Origin: an uncultured Woeseiaceae bacterium
GTDB lineage: Bacteria; Pseudomonadota; Gammaproteobacteria; Steroidobacterales; Woeseiaceae
Assembly: GCA_964424805.1 (NCBI GenBank)
Contig: CAYRKH010000013.1
Coordinates: 29,094 to 61,093 of the forward strand
Length of the DNA stretch: 32,000 bases
Direction: 5' to 3'
Below the pieces are notes generated by a model. It did not search any database, was not told where the DNA came from, and saw only the letters and a list, made by a program, of their open reading frames with translations. A program made the translations under genes and the position numbers. Shown one piece after another: positions 25,225-32,000 of the stretch; position 1 is the first letter of the stretch; each line of letters starts with the position of its first letter.

Positions 25225-25944
25225 CTATTCGTCGAGGACCGGCGTGAACCCGCCGTAGATCAGGCGCGGACCGTCGAAGGGCATTCCGTCCGGTCCCGGC
25301 TGCAGGCGTTCGTCCTTCATGAGCTTCGCCCAGGCAGCGTCGCGGACCGCTTTCGAAGGCCACTCGATCCACGAATAGACGATGAGTTCATCCGGCTTCG
25401 CCTGCACGGCTCGCCTGAAGTCGGTCACCTTCCCGTCGGGGAGGTCATCTCCCCAGCATTCCACGACCCGGCTCGCGCCATACTCCCGGAAGATCGGCGC
25501 ACTTTTCATTGCCAGCTGGCGGTACGCCTCCTTTTTATCCCGGGGAACGGGGACCAGGTAGCCGTCCGTATAACCCGTCTTCCCGGCGCCACCTTCGTCG
25601 AGGAACGCCTCGAAGCCGCCGAAAATCATGCGCCGCCCATCGAACGGCATCGTGGATCCCGCGTCCTTCATGCGCGGATCGTTCATCATCTTCCCGTTGG
25701 CCGCATCCCGCGCTGCACGATCCGGGTATTCGAACCAGGCAAAGACGACGCTCTCGCCTTCCTTCGCTTTCACCGCGCGGCGGAAATCGGTGATCTTGCC
25801 CTCCGGGACATCGTCCCCCCAGTTTTCGGTCACGCGGGTCGCGCCGAACTCCCGGAACAGGGGACACGCCTCGGCAGCGTGGCGGATGTAGGCATCTTTG
25901 TTAGCGGTGGGCACCGCGGCGACGAAACCTTCGATATAGCTCAT
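25225..25944 (-). CDS. Tandem DUF1428 (YbaA-like) domain protein, 239 aa
   Basis: There are two internally homologous halves. Half 1: MSYIEGFVAAVP..FREFGATRVTENWGDDVPEGKITDFRRAV. Half 2: GYTDGYLVPVP..FREYGASRVVECWGDDLPDGKVTDFRRAV. AGGAG lies 7 nt upstream of the ATG at 25944. Confidence 0.8.
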   Translation of the reverse strand: MSYIEGFVAAVPTANKDAYIRHAAEACPLFREFGATRVTENWGDDVPEGKITDFRRAVKAKEGESVVFAWFEYPDRAARDAANGKMMNDPRMKDAGSTMPFDGRRMIFGGFEAFLDEGGAGKTGYTDGYLVPVPRDKKEAYRQLAMKSAPIFREYGASRVVECWGDDLPDGKVTDFRRAVQAKPDELIVYSWIEWPSKAVRDAAWAKLMKDERLQPGPDGMPFDGPRLIYGGFTPVLDE

Positions 25945-26123
25945 GGCCTTGCTCCTGCAACAGGTTCCTGAAAAGAACCGGACACCAGGTAGTCGGCAGG
26001 GGACGCCCGGAATCGACATCGCGCGGCAAATTCCCCGAAACGACCGATCCAGGCATCCCGCCGGTGCGGCCCGGCGCCGGCGGGCGACCGGGCACCGCCG
26101 GGCTCATTGTCGCTGCCGCGGCT

Positions 26124-26507
26124 TCATTGCGCCGGCACGTCGGGCGTCGCCGGATGGAACTGGCCGAACGAGCACGTTGCGCCCGGCATGAAGCCGCCGC
26201 CGACGTTGTTCAGGACCGTGAACATGTCGATGCTGCAGAGCTGGTTCAGGGTCGTCCGGTACATGATGGTGTCGTTGCGCCGCAAGGCGGGGCATCGGCG
26301 CGACAGGTGGTTGTTGTAGATGCTGCCGTCGCGCATGTAGAACAGGATGTGGTGCTCGTCCACGATCTCGATGCGGTCTACCGAACGCAGGCTCAGGCAA
26401 CTCCTCGCACCTTCCGGCAGCGCCTCGCCGTCGGCCACATGCTGGTCGGCGGTCGCGCATGCCGCCGTGACGAGCAGCGCGGCGAGTGAAATCAGTATCG
26501 GTTTCAT
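26124..26507 (-). CDS. Small lipoprotein of unknown function (resembles a conserved ~130 aa proteobacterial lipoprotein family, possibly DUF6491)
   Basis: GGAGGA SD. MKPILISLAALLVTAAC lipobox. Conserved-looking core CLSLRSVDRIEIVDEHHILFYMRDGSIYNNHLSRRCPAL...LCSID with four further Cys residues. Confidence 0.7.
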   Translation of the reverse strand: MKPILISLAALLVTAACATADQHVADGEALPEGARSCLSLRSVDRIEIVDEHHILFYMRDGSIYNNHLSRRCPALRRNDTIMYRTTLNQLCSIDMFTVLNNVGGGFMPGATCSFGQFHPATPDVPAQ

Positions 26508-26521
26508 TTGAGCTTCCTCCG

Positions 26522-26550
26522 GGCAAACTACCACGAGAAGCCAGTTTGCC
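26522..26550. promoter_or_regulatory. Inverted repeat GGCAAACT-N13-AGTTTGCC in the divergent lipoprotein / nor control region
   Basis: 8-bp perfect arms at 26522-26529 and 26543-26550, starting 15 bp upstream of the lipoprotein ATG. Confidence 0.3.
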
Positions 26551-26695
26551 TCTTGCCCGGGGAGTGTGCACGTGACCGGTCTGAAAGCCGGCCGACAGGC
26601 CAAAAACCGGGCTACTCCTGTAGTTTGGCGCAATGCGAGCGCCGGGCCTTTGCCGGAACCTTGTCGCCGGAATGCCTGGTTCGTGCCGCAAACGC

Positions 26696-26724
26696 TTGCA
26701 ACCGGCTGAAACAGCAAGTAGTTT
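26696..26724 (+). promoter_or_regulatory. Candidate sigma70-type promoter TTGCAA-17 nt-TAGTTT for the nor operon
   Basis: -35-like TTGCAA (26696-26701), 17-nt spacer, -10-like TAGTTT (26719-26724). It lies about 25 nt before the first ATG of the small ORF, and this local patch is AT-richer. Confidence 0.3.
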
Positions 26725-26746
26725 AATCGCCGTCGCCCCGCCACAT

Positions 26747-26884
26747 ATGGAAAACGGTATGCGAGAAGCAGCATTGTTCCCCGTGCTGAAGGTCCTTAGC
26801 TGGCTCGTGCTGCTCCTGATGGCGGTCTCCGCCGGCTACGCGTACTTCACCGTGGTGAGCCACTGGTCCAGCATCGCGGTCTGA
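26747..26884 (+). CDS. Small single-TM protein (41-45 aa) immediately upstream of norC
   Basis: (MENG)MREAALFPVLKVLSWLVLLLMAVSAGYAYFTVVSHWSSIAV. 34 of the last 35 sense codons end in G/C, which is the genome's coding signature. The stop lies 13 nt before the norC GTG. Start ATG at 26747 or 26759. Confidence 0.5.
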   Translation: MENGMREAALFPVLKVLSWLVLLLMAVSAGYAYFTVVSHWSSIAV

Positions 26885-26897
26885 CGGAGCGCGCAGC

Positions 26898-27734
26898 GTG
26901 ACCAACCGGCAAGCACGGCATTTCGCGGTCGCCAGCACCGCCATTGCCGCTTTCATCTTTCTCGCACTCACCGTCGACAGCCACCGCCAGTTTCCCGAGC
27001 TGACCAACGCGGAGAACATCACGCCCGAGGTCATCCACGGCATGGACGTCTGGCACAAGTTCAACTGCATCAATTGCCACACGCTGTTCGGCGAAGGCGC
27101 CTACTACGCCCCCGATCTCACCAAGATCGCGCAGCTCCGCGGCAGGCCATATCTCGAGGCCTACATGCGCAATCCCGCGCAGTTCTATAACGAGGAAACG
27201 CATCGCCGCCTGATGCCGCAGCAGAACCTCGCGGACGACGAGATCGCGGATCTCGTCACCTTCCTCGACTGGGTCAGCAACGTCGATAACCAGGGCTGGC
27301 CTCCGCGGCCGATCTACGTCACCGGCGGCCTGACCCGAGCGGCGTCCGCCGGCGCGGCCCAGGCCGCGGACTACCAGCCGCGCCCCGTCACGGCGGACGA
27401 CAGCGCCATCGCGCGCGGGGAGAACCTGTTCCACACCGTGACTCCGGCTTGCAACGCCTGCCACTCGATGCAACCGGGCGCCGACATGGCGGGTCCCTCG
27501 CTCGCCGGTATCGCCACGCGCGCCGCCGAGATCATCGAGTCCCCCGACTACACCGGCGAGGCCGAGGACGTGATGGGCTACATCCTCGAATCCATCCGCG
27601 AACCCAGCGCGTACCTGGTGCCGGGCGCCATGTATTCGGCCAACGGTGTTTCGTTCATGCCCACTACCTATACCGAAACGATGACCGACGAGGACATCGA
27701 AGCCCTGGCGGCATACCTCGAGTCATTCCGGTAG
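26898..27734 (+). CDS. norC: Nitric oxide reductase subunit C (NorC) fused to an extra C-terminal monohaem cytochrome c domain (278 aa, dihaem)
   Basis: GGAG lies 8 nt before the GTG. TM anchor. NCINCHTLFGEGAYYAPDL and RRLMPQ...FLDWVSNVDNQGWPP match NorC. A second CXXCH (CNACH, 27450-27464) sits in a class I cytochrome c-like domain. Confidence 0.9.
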   Translation: MTNRQARHFAVASTAIAAFIFLALTVDSHRQFPELTNAENITPEVIHGMDVWHKFNCINCHTLFGEGAYYAPDLTKIAQLRGRPYLEAYMRNPAQFYNEETHRRLMPQQNLADDEIADLVTFLDWVSNVDNQGWPPRPIYVTGGLTRAASAGAAQAADYQPRPVTADDSAIARGENLFHTVTPACNACHSMQPGADMAGPSLAGIATRAAEIIESPDYTGEAEDVMGYILESIREPSAYLVPGAMYSANGVSFMPTTYTETMTDEDIEALAAYLESFR

Positions 27735-27762
27735 TCACGCGCGGAACCGTACGGAGTCTTCG

Positions 27763-29130
27763 ATGCGCTACAGGTCCCAATCCGTCGCTTACTGGTATTT
27801 CGCGGTCGCCGTGCTGCTTTTCGGGCTCCAGGTCGTGTTCGGGCTCCTGTCGGCGGTGAAGTATCTCGGCCCCGATCCGCTGCTGTACATCCTGCCCTTC
27901 GACGTGACCAAGACCGTCCACACGAACCTGCTGATCGTGTGGGTGCTGACCGGCTTCATGGGCGCCACGTACTGGATGGTGCCGGACGAATCGCGCGCCG
28001 AGCTTCACAGCGTCAAGCTGGCGATGATCCAGCTCGCGCTGTGGGCGCTCATGGGCGTCACCGCCATCGTCGGTTACTTCTTCCGTTACGGCACCGGCAA
28101 CAAGATGCTGGAGCAGCCGCTCCCGCACAAGATCACCATCGTCGTCTGCATGCTGATCTTCCTCTACAACATCGGCATGACCATCAAGAAGAGCGGCCGC
28201 TTCACCACGACGGAAGGCGTGCTGCTGCTCGGCCTCGGCAGCGCCGCCGTGCTGTACCTCCCGGCGCTGCTGCACTACGAGAACTACACGGTCTCGATCT
28301 TTTACCGCTGGTGGACCATTCACCTGTGGGTCGAAGGGGTGTGGATGATGATCATGGGCGCCTTCCTCGCGTACCTGCTCATCCGGCTCTCGGGCGTTGA
28401 CCGCGAAGTGATGGAGAAGTGGCTTTATGTCATCGTCGGGCTGGTGTTCATCGCCGGCATTCTCGGCACCGCTCACCACTATTACTGGGTCGGCGTGCCG
28501 ACCTACTGGCTGCCGATCGGCGGCTTCTTCAGCGCGCTCGAACCGGCGGCGCTCGTCGGCATGGCAGCCTACGCGTACGCCGCAACGCGCCGCTCGGGAC
28601 TCGCGCACCCGAATGCGCTGGCGCTCCACTGGACCATCGGCAGCGCCGTCTTCGCGCTGTTCGGTGCGGGACTGCTCGGGCTCGCGCACACCTGGCCTTC
28701 CGTCAACAAGTGGACGCACGGCACGCTGATCACCGCGATGCACGGGCATTCCGCGTTTTACGGCGCGTACGCCATGATCACGCTCGCGATGATCACCTAC
28801 GCGATGCCGTCTTTGACGCACGGGCGCAGCGAAAAAGGCAGCACGATGGGCTACTGGGCGTTCTGGCTGCAGGTATCCGGCATGTTCGGCATGACCCTGG
28901 CGTTCGGGACCGCGGGAATCGCACAGGTTTACCTCGAGCGCATCATGGGTCTCGGCTTCATCGAAACGCAGCTCAAGATCCAGGTGCACTTCCTGATGCT
29001 CATGCTGGCGGCGTCCGTCTTCGCGCTCGGCGTGGCACTCTTTGTCTACGATTTCTTCCGGCACCGGCCCCGTTTCGGCGATGCCGGGCCGGTGGCCGCA
29101 GAGCCGCAGCCCGCCGCCTCGTCACCGTGA
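27763..29130 (+). CDS. norB: Nitric oxide reductase subunit B (cNOR NorB, haem-copper oxidase superfamily)
   Basis: 455 aa, 12-TM type. HTNLLIVW, HLWVEG, GTAHHYYWVG, FSALEP and MHGHSAFYGAYAM motifs match NorB His/Glu ligand regions. Confidence 0.95.
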   Translation: MRYRSQSVAYWYFAVAVLLFGLQVVFGLLSAVKYLGPDPLLYILPFDVTKTVHTNLLIVWVLTGFMGATYWMVPDESRAELHSVKLAMIQLALWALMGVTAIVGYFFRYGTGNKMLEQPLPHKITIVVCMLIFLYNIGMTIKKSGRFTTTEGVLLLGLGSAAVLYLPALLHYENYTVSIFYRWWTIHLWVEGVWMMIMGAFLAYLLIRLSGVDREVMEKWLYVIVGLVFIAGILGTAHHYYWVGVPTYWLPIGGFFSALEPAALVGMAAYAYAATRRSGLAHPNALALHWTIGSAVFALFGAGLLGLAHTWPSVNKWTHGTLITAMHGHSAFYGAYAMITLAMITYAMPSLTHGRSEKGSTMGYWAFWLQVSGMFGMTLAFGTAGIAQVYLERIMGLGFIETQLKIQVHFLMLMLAASVFALGVALFVYDFFRHRPRFGDAGPVAAEPQPAASSP

Positions 29131-29153
29131 GCGCCGACTCCGCCGGAGCGGTC

Positions 29154-29942
29154 ATGCCGCGCGTGCCGGCGGAGCCGTGGTACCTTCCTTCGGGCAACGA
29201 GATTGCGATCTTCGAGAACTGCCACGCGCGGCGCCTCCCGGTGATGCTGAAAGGCCCGACCGGCTGCGGCAAAACGCGCTTCGTCGAATACATGGCCTGG
29301 AAGCTCGGGCGCCCGCTGCAGACCATTTCCTGCCACGACGACGTCAGCGCCAGCGACCTCATCGGCCGTTTTCTCATCCGGCACGACGGTACGGTGTGGC
29401 AGGACGGTCCGCTCACGCGCGCCGTACGCGCGGGCGCGATCTGCTACCTCGACGAGGTGGTGGAGGCGCGCCAGGACACGGTCGTCGTGCTGCATTCCCT
29501 GGGCGACTACCGCCGCATCCTGCCGATCGACAAGACCGGCGAGACCCTGGAGGCGGCCCCCGGCTTCCTGCTGGTGATCTCCTACAATCCCGGCTACCAG
29601 CGCATGCTGAAGGACCTGAAGCCGAGCACCCGCCAGCGCTTCGTGGCGCTCGACCTGGATTTCCCCGACGTGGACCGGGAGGCGACGATCATCGAGCGCG
29701 AAAGCGGCGCCGATCACGCCACGGCGCAGGGCCTCGCGCAGCTCGGCCACCGTCTGCGCGAGCTGCGCGACCGCGGCCTCGCGGAGGTGCCGGGCACGCG
29801 GCTCCTGATCGCCGCCGCGTCGCTCGTTGTCTCCGGGATCCCGGTGCGCGACGCCTGCTACGCGGCCGTCGTCTCGCCGCTGTCCGACGACCCGGTGCTG
29901 GTCGGCGCGATGCGAGATCTCGTCGACGCCACCTTCGTCTAG
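29154..29942 (+). CDS. norQ: NorQ/CbbQ-type MoxR AAA+ ATPase (NOR maturation)
   Basis: GGAG lies 6 nt before the ATG. Walker A GPTGCGKT. Walker B ICYLDEVVEA. N-terminus PWYLPSGNEIAIFENC is typical of NorQ. An alternative GTG at 29127 overlaps the norB stop. Confidence 0.92.
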   Translation: MPRVPAEPWYLPSGNEIAIFENCHARRLPVMLKGPTGCGKTRFVEYMAWKLGRPLQTISCHDDVSASDLIGRFLIRHDGTVWQDGPLTRAVRAGAICYLDEVVEARQDTVVVLHSLGDYRRILPIDKTGETLEAAPGFLLVISYNPGYQRMLKDLKPSTRQRFVALDLDFPDVDREATIIERESGADHATAQGLAQLGHRLRELRDRGLAEVPGTRLLIAAASLVVSGIPVRDACYAAVVSPLSDDPVLVGAMRDLVDATFV

Positions 29943-29957
29943 GAGCCGGCCTGCGCC

Positions 29958-32000
29958 ATGGCCGAACCGGAAGATGTCGTCACCGACGTGGCGCGCCACG
30001 CCACCGTCTTCGTACAGAAGCTGTGGCGGCGCCATCGCGAACGCAAGGGCATTACCCCGACCGTGCCGCTCGTCGACGTGGCGGCCCGTATCGACCTGCT
30101 CATCAACAGCGTGTTCGGCAAGACCTTCCCGATCCGGGTCGCCGAGCCCCCGGCGCCGCCAACGCTGCTCACCGCCGTGTTCGGCCGGCGCGGCGGCCCG
30201 GTCCAGCGGCTGCCGATCCCCGCGACGGACGGCATCAGCCTGTGGCTGCCGGCGGACCTCGGGATCACGGACCCGCGGGAGGCGCTGCTGCGCTACCGCA
30301 CCATGGCGCTGCAGCAGGCCGTGCGGGCCGAACGCGGCGGCGCGGCCGTCATCGCCGATGAGCAATCCCGCCTGGTGCAGGATTTTTTTCTGCTGCTGGA
30401 GGCCTGCTCGGCCGACACCGCGCTGCAGCAGCTGCTGCCCGGCCTGACCGAGGCCATCAACCAGTCGCGCCGCCTGGCGCTGGCGGCACGGCCGTCCCTC
30501 TACTCCTTCCCGACGTACGCGCAGCCGCTCGAGCGGTTCGTCCGGCACCTGCTGCAGAGTGACTGCAGCAAACCCGAACCGGGATTCGACTCGCCAACGG
30601 CGGCAAAGTCGCTCGAGGCCGCGAGGAACATCGCCGCCGATCTCATGCCCGAGGGCATGCCCGCACGCGCGCGCCGCATGACCCTGCTGTTCCGGGATCG
30701 CTGGACCGGCGAGTTCCGGGTTCCACCCGAGCCGCCGGAAATCGTCGAGGACGAGCCGGTCCAGGCCGACCCTGAAGCCGGGCAGCCGAAGAGCACGCGC
30801 GTGGCGCGCCGGCCGGAGGTCCGCAAGGCGAAGAAGGACGAGGACGACGACAGGAACCAAAGCGGCCCGTGGATGGTGCAGGCCGACGAGCCGCACGAAA
30901 AAGCCGAGGATCCTATGGGGCTGCAGCGCCCGACCGACCGGGACGACGTGGACCGCGCGGATGAGCTGGGGGAGATGCTGTCGGAGCTCAAGGAAGCGCG
31001 CATGGTGTCGACGCCGGGACGACCGAAGGAAGTCCTGCTGTCGGAGGACCCCCCGGAATCGCGCCGGAAGCTCGCCGTACCGGGCCGCGGCGTTGGCGGG
31101 GAACGCATCAGCTACCCCGAATGGGATTATGCCGCGGACGCCTACCGCGACCCCGGCGCCACCGTACACGCCGCGGTCGCGCCGCCCGGGTCGCAGGCGT
31201 GGCTGGACGCGACGCTCGCCCGGCATCGCTCGATGCTGCAGCTGATCCGGCGGCGCTTCGAGATGCTGCACGCGCGGCGGGTGACGCTACGCCGCCAGCT
31301 CGACGGGGAGGATATCGATCTCGACGCCTGCATCGATGCCCTGGCCGACTTCAGGGCCGGCGCCTGCATGCAGCAGGGCCTGTACCGGACGACCCGCGCC
31401 GCCGAGCGAAACATGGCCATCGTGCTCCTGATCGACGTCAGCGGCTCGACCGACGCGTGGGTGTCGTCCAATCGCCGCATTATCGACGTCGAACGCGAGG
31501 CGCTGCTGCTCGTTTGCATTGCGCTGAAGGAAATGGGAGAGCCCTACGCGGTACAGGCATTCTCGGGCGAAGGACCGCAGACCGTGACGGTGAAGACGAT
31601 CAAGGCCTTCGACGAGCCGTTCGACAACGATATCGCCCTGCGCATCGCCGCGCTCGAGCCGGAGCGCTACACGCGGGCCGGTGCCGCCATTCGGCACGCG
31701 ACCGCGAACCTGATGGGCAAACCAGCGCATCATCGGCTGCTGCTCCTGCTGTCGGACGGCAAGCCGAACGACGTCGACGAATACGAGGGCCGCTACGGCG
31801 TCGAGGACATGCAGCGCGCCGTCACCGAAGCAAAGCTGCAGGGCATTTTCCCGTTCTGCCTCACGATCGACCGCCAGGCGGCAAACTACCTGCCGCGCGT
31901 CTTCGGCCCCCACCAGTACGCGCTGCTGCCGCGGCCGGAGCTGCTGCCTGCCGTGCTGCTCGACTGGATGCGCCGGCTCTTGCTGCCCGCCACCGCTTAA
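29958..32000 (+). CDS. norD: NorD (von Willebrand factor A domain protein, NOR maturation partner of NorQ)
   Basis: 680 aa. C-terminal VWA domain with MIDAS VLLIDVSGSTD and LLLLSDGKPND. Position is directly after norQ. The TAA stop is the last three bases of the window. Confidence 0.9.
   Translation: MAEPEDVVTDVARHATVFVQKLWRRHRERKGITPTVPLVDVAARIDLLINSVFGKTFPIRVAEPPAPPTLLTAVFGRRGGPVQRLPIPATDGISLWLPADLGITDPREALLRYRTMALQQAVRAERGGAAVIADEQSRLVQDFFLLLEACSADTALQQLLPGLTEAINQSRRLALAARPSLYSFPTYAQPLERFVRHLLQSDCSKPEPGFDSPTAAKSLEAARNIAADLMPEGMPARARRMTLLFRDRWTGEFRVPPEPPEIVEDEPVQADPEAGQPKSTRVARRPEVRKAKKDEDDDRNQSGPWMVQADEPHEKAEDPMGLQRPTDRDDVDRADELGEMLSELKEARMVSTPGRPKEVLLSEDPPESRRKLAVPGRGVGGERISYPEWDYAADAYRDPGATVHAAVAPPGSQAWLDATLARHRSMLQLIRRRFEMLHARRVTLRRQLDGEDIDLDACIDALADFRAGACMQQGLYRTTRAAERNMAIVLLIDVSGSTDAWVSSNRRIIDVEREALLLVCIALKEMGEPYAVQAFSGEGPQTVTVKTIKAFDEPFDNDIALRIAALEPERYTRAGAAIRHATANLMGKPAHHRLLLLLSDGKPNDVDEYEGRYGVEDMQRAVTEAKLQGIFPFCLTIDRQAANYLPRVFGPHQYALLPRPELLPAVLLDWMRRLLLPATA

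Noticed and set aside
25190-25372. Extension of the fnr ORF to the ATG at 25372.
   Set aside because: It would overlap the DUF1428 gene by about 150 nt in another frame, and the extra 61 residues are Arg/Gly/Pro-rich with no FNR homology. I keep it as the alternative hypothesis in the fnr start finding.
26617-26644. Possible degenerate solo REP arm (CCTGTAGTTTGGCGCAATGCGAGCGCC) in the nor upstream region.
   Set aside because: Only the 7-nt head and roughly 12 of 18 following positions match. There is no partner arm. The evidence is too weak to call a repeat copy by eye.
26668-26700. Sigma54-like TGG...GC (CTGGTTCGTGCCGCAAACGCTTGCA) upstream of nor.
   Set aside because: The GG and GC elements are not at the required 10-nt spacing when aligned to TGGCACG-N4-TTGCA. 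No NorR-type GT-N7-AC triplet array is evident.
30700-31020. Highly charged low-complexity insert in NorD (..EDEPVQADPEAGQPKSTRVARRPEVRKAKKDEDDDRNQ..DRDDVDRADELGEM..).
   Set aside because: It is probably a flexible linker between the N-terminal region and the VWA domain, as seen in NorD/CbbO-type proteins. There is no independent evidence that it is unusual.
27664-31271. 466 aa and 741 aa minus-strand ORFs, and the 507 aa / 439 aa plus-strand alternate frames across norB-norQ-norD.
   Set aside because: They overlap strongly supported nor genes. The 28419-29942 ORF is real only from the ATG at 29154 (norQ), and its upstream part is an out-of-frame read of norB.
1-32000. Scan for CRISPR arrays, tRNA/rRNA genes, IS elements, integrases, phage or toxin-antitoxin/defence-type gene pairs.
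   Set aside because: I saw no regularly spaced direct repeats, cloverleaf-like or rRNA-like segments, or transposase/integrase/nuclease-type translations in any frame. The only repeated element is the REP pair.

Overview
This is a high-GC proteobacterial chromosomal window whose gene content looks gammaproteobacterial. All calls rest on reading the six-frame translations and the DNA by eye; no searches were run. Left end: the distal part of a type IV pilus minor-pilin operon (pilW' partial, pilX, pilY1, pilE). Next is a ~6.3 kb block bracketed by the only two full copies I can see of a ~77-bp REP-like nested palindrome. That block holds an ABM-like protein, an SDR oxidoreductase abutting a DksA/TraR zinc-finger protein with a long unassigned N-terminal region, an MFS transporter overlapping (ATGA) a small TonB-dependent receptor, and a secreted CHRD protein with a poly-Asp tail. 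Middle: lhr (1447 aa helicase), trxC, nnrU, a UrcA-like protein, polB, and a SARP/BTAD-type regulator module that runs in frame, with no stop, into a two-domain VOC protein. Right end: an NO-response / NO-reductase neighbourhood. It contains a sirB2-like gene plus nnrS preceded by an FNR-type box, an Fe-S type fnr/anr gene, a tandem-DUF1428 protein, a small lipoprotein, and a small TM ORF followed by norC-norB-norQ-norD. Here NorC carries an extra C-terminal monohaem cytochrome c domain, and NorB appears (alignment from memory) to lack two acidic residues conserved in canonical cNOR. I saw no rRNA, tRNA, CRISPR array, transposase or integrase. Nothing is a clear-cut new system. The best follow-up candidates are the variant nor cluster, the regulator-VOC in-frame fusion, the DksA-like protein and the REP-bracketed block. 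Many long antisense ORFs in the track are GC-content artefacts.
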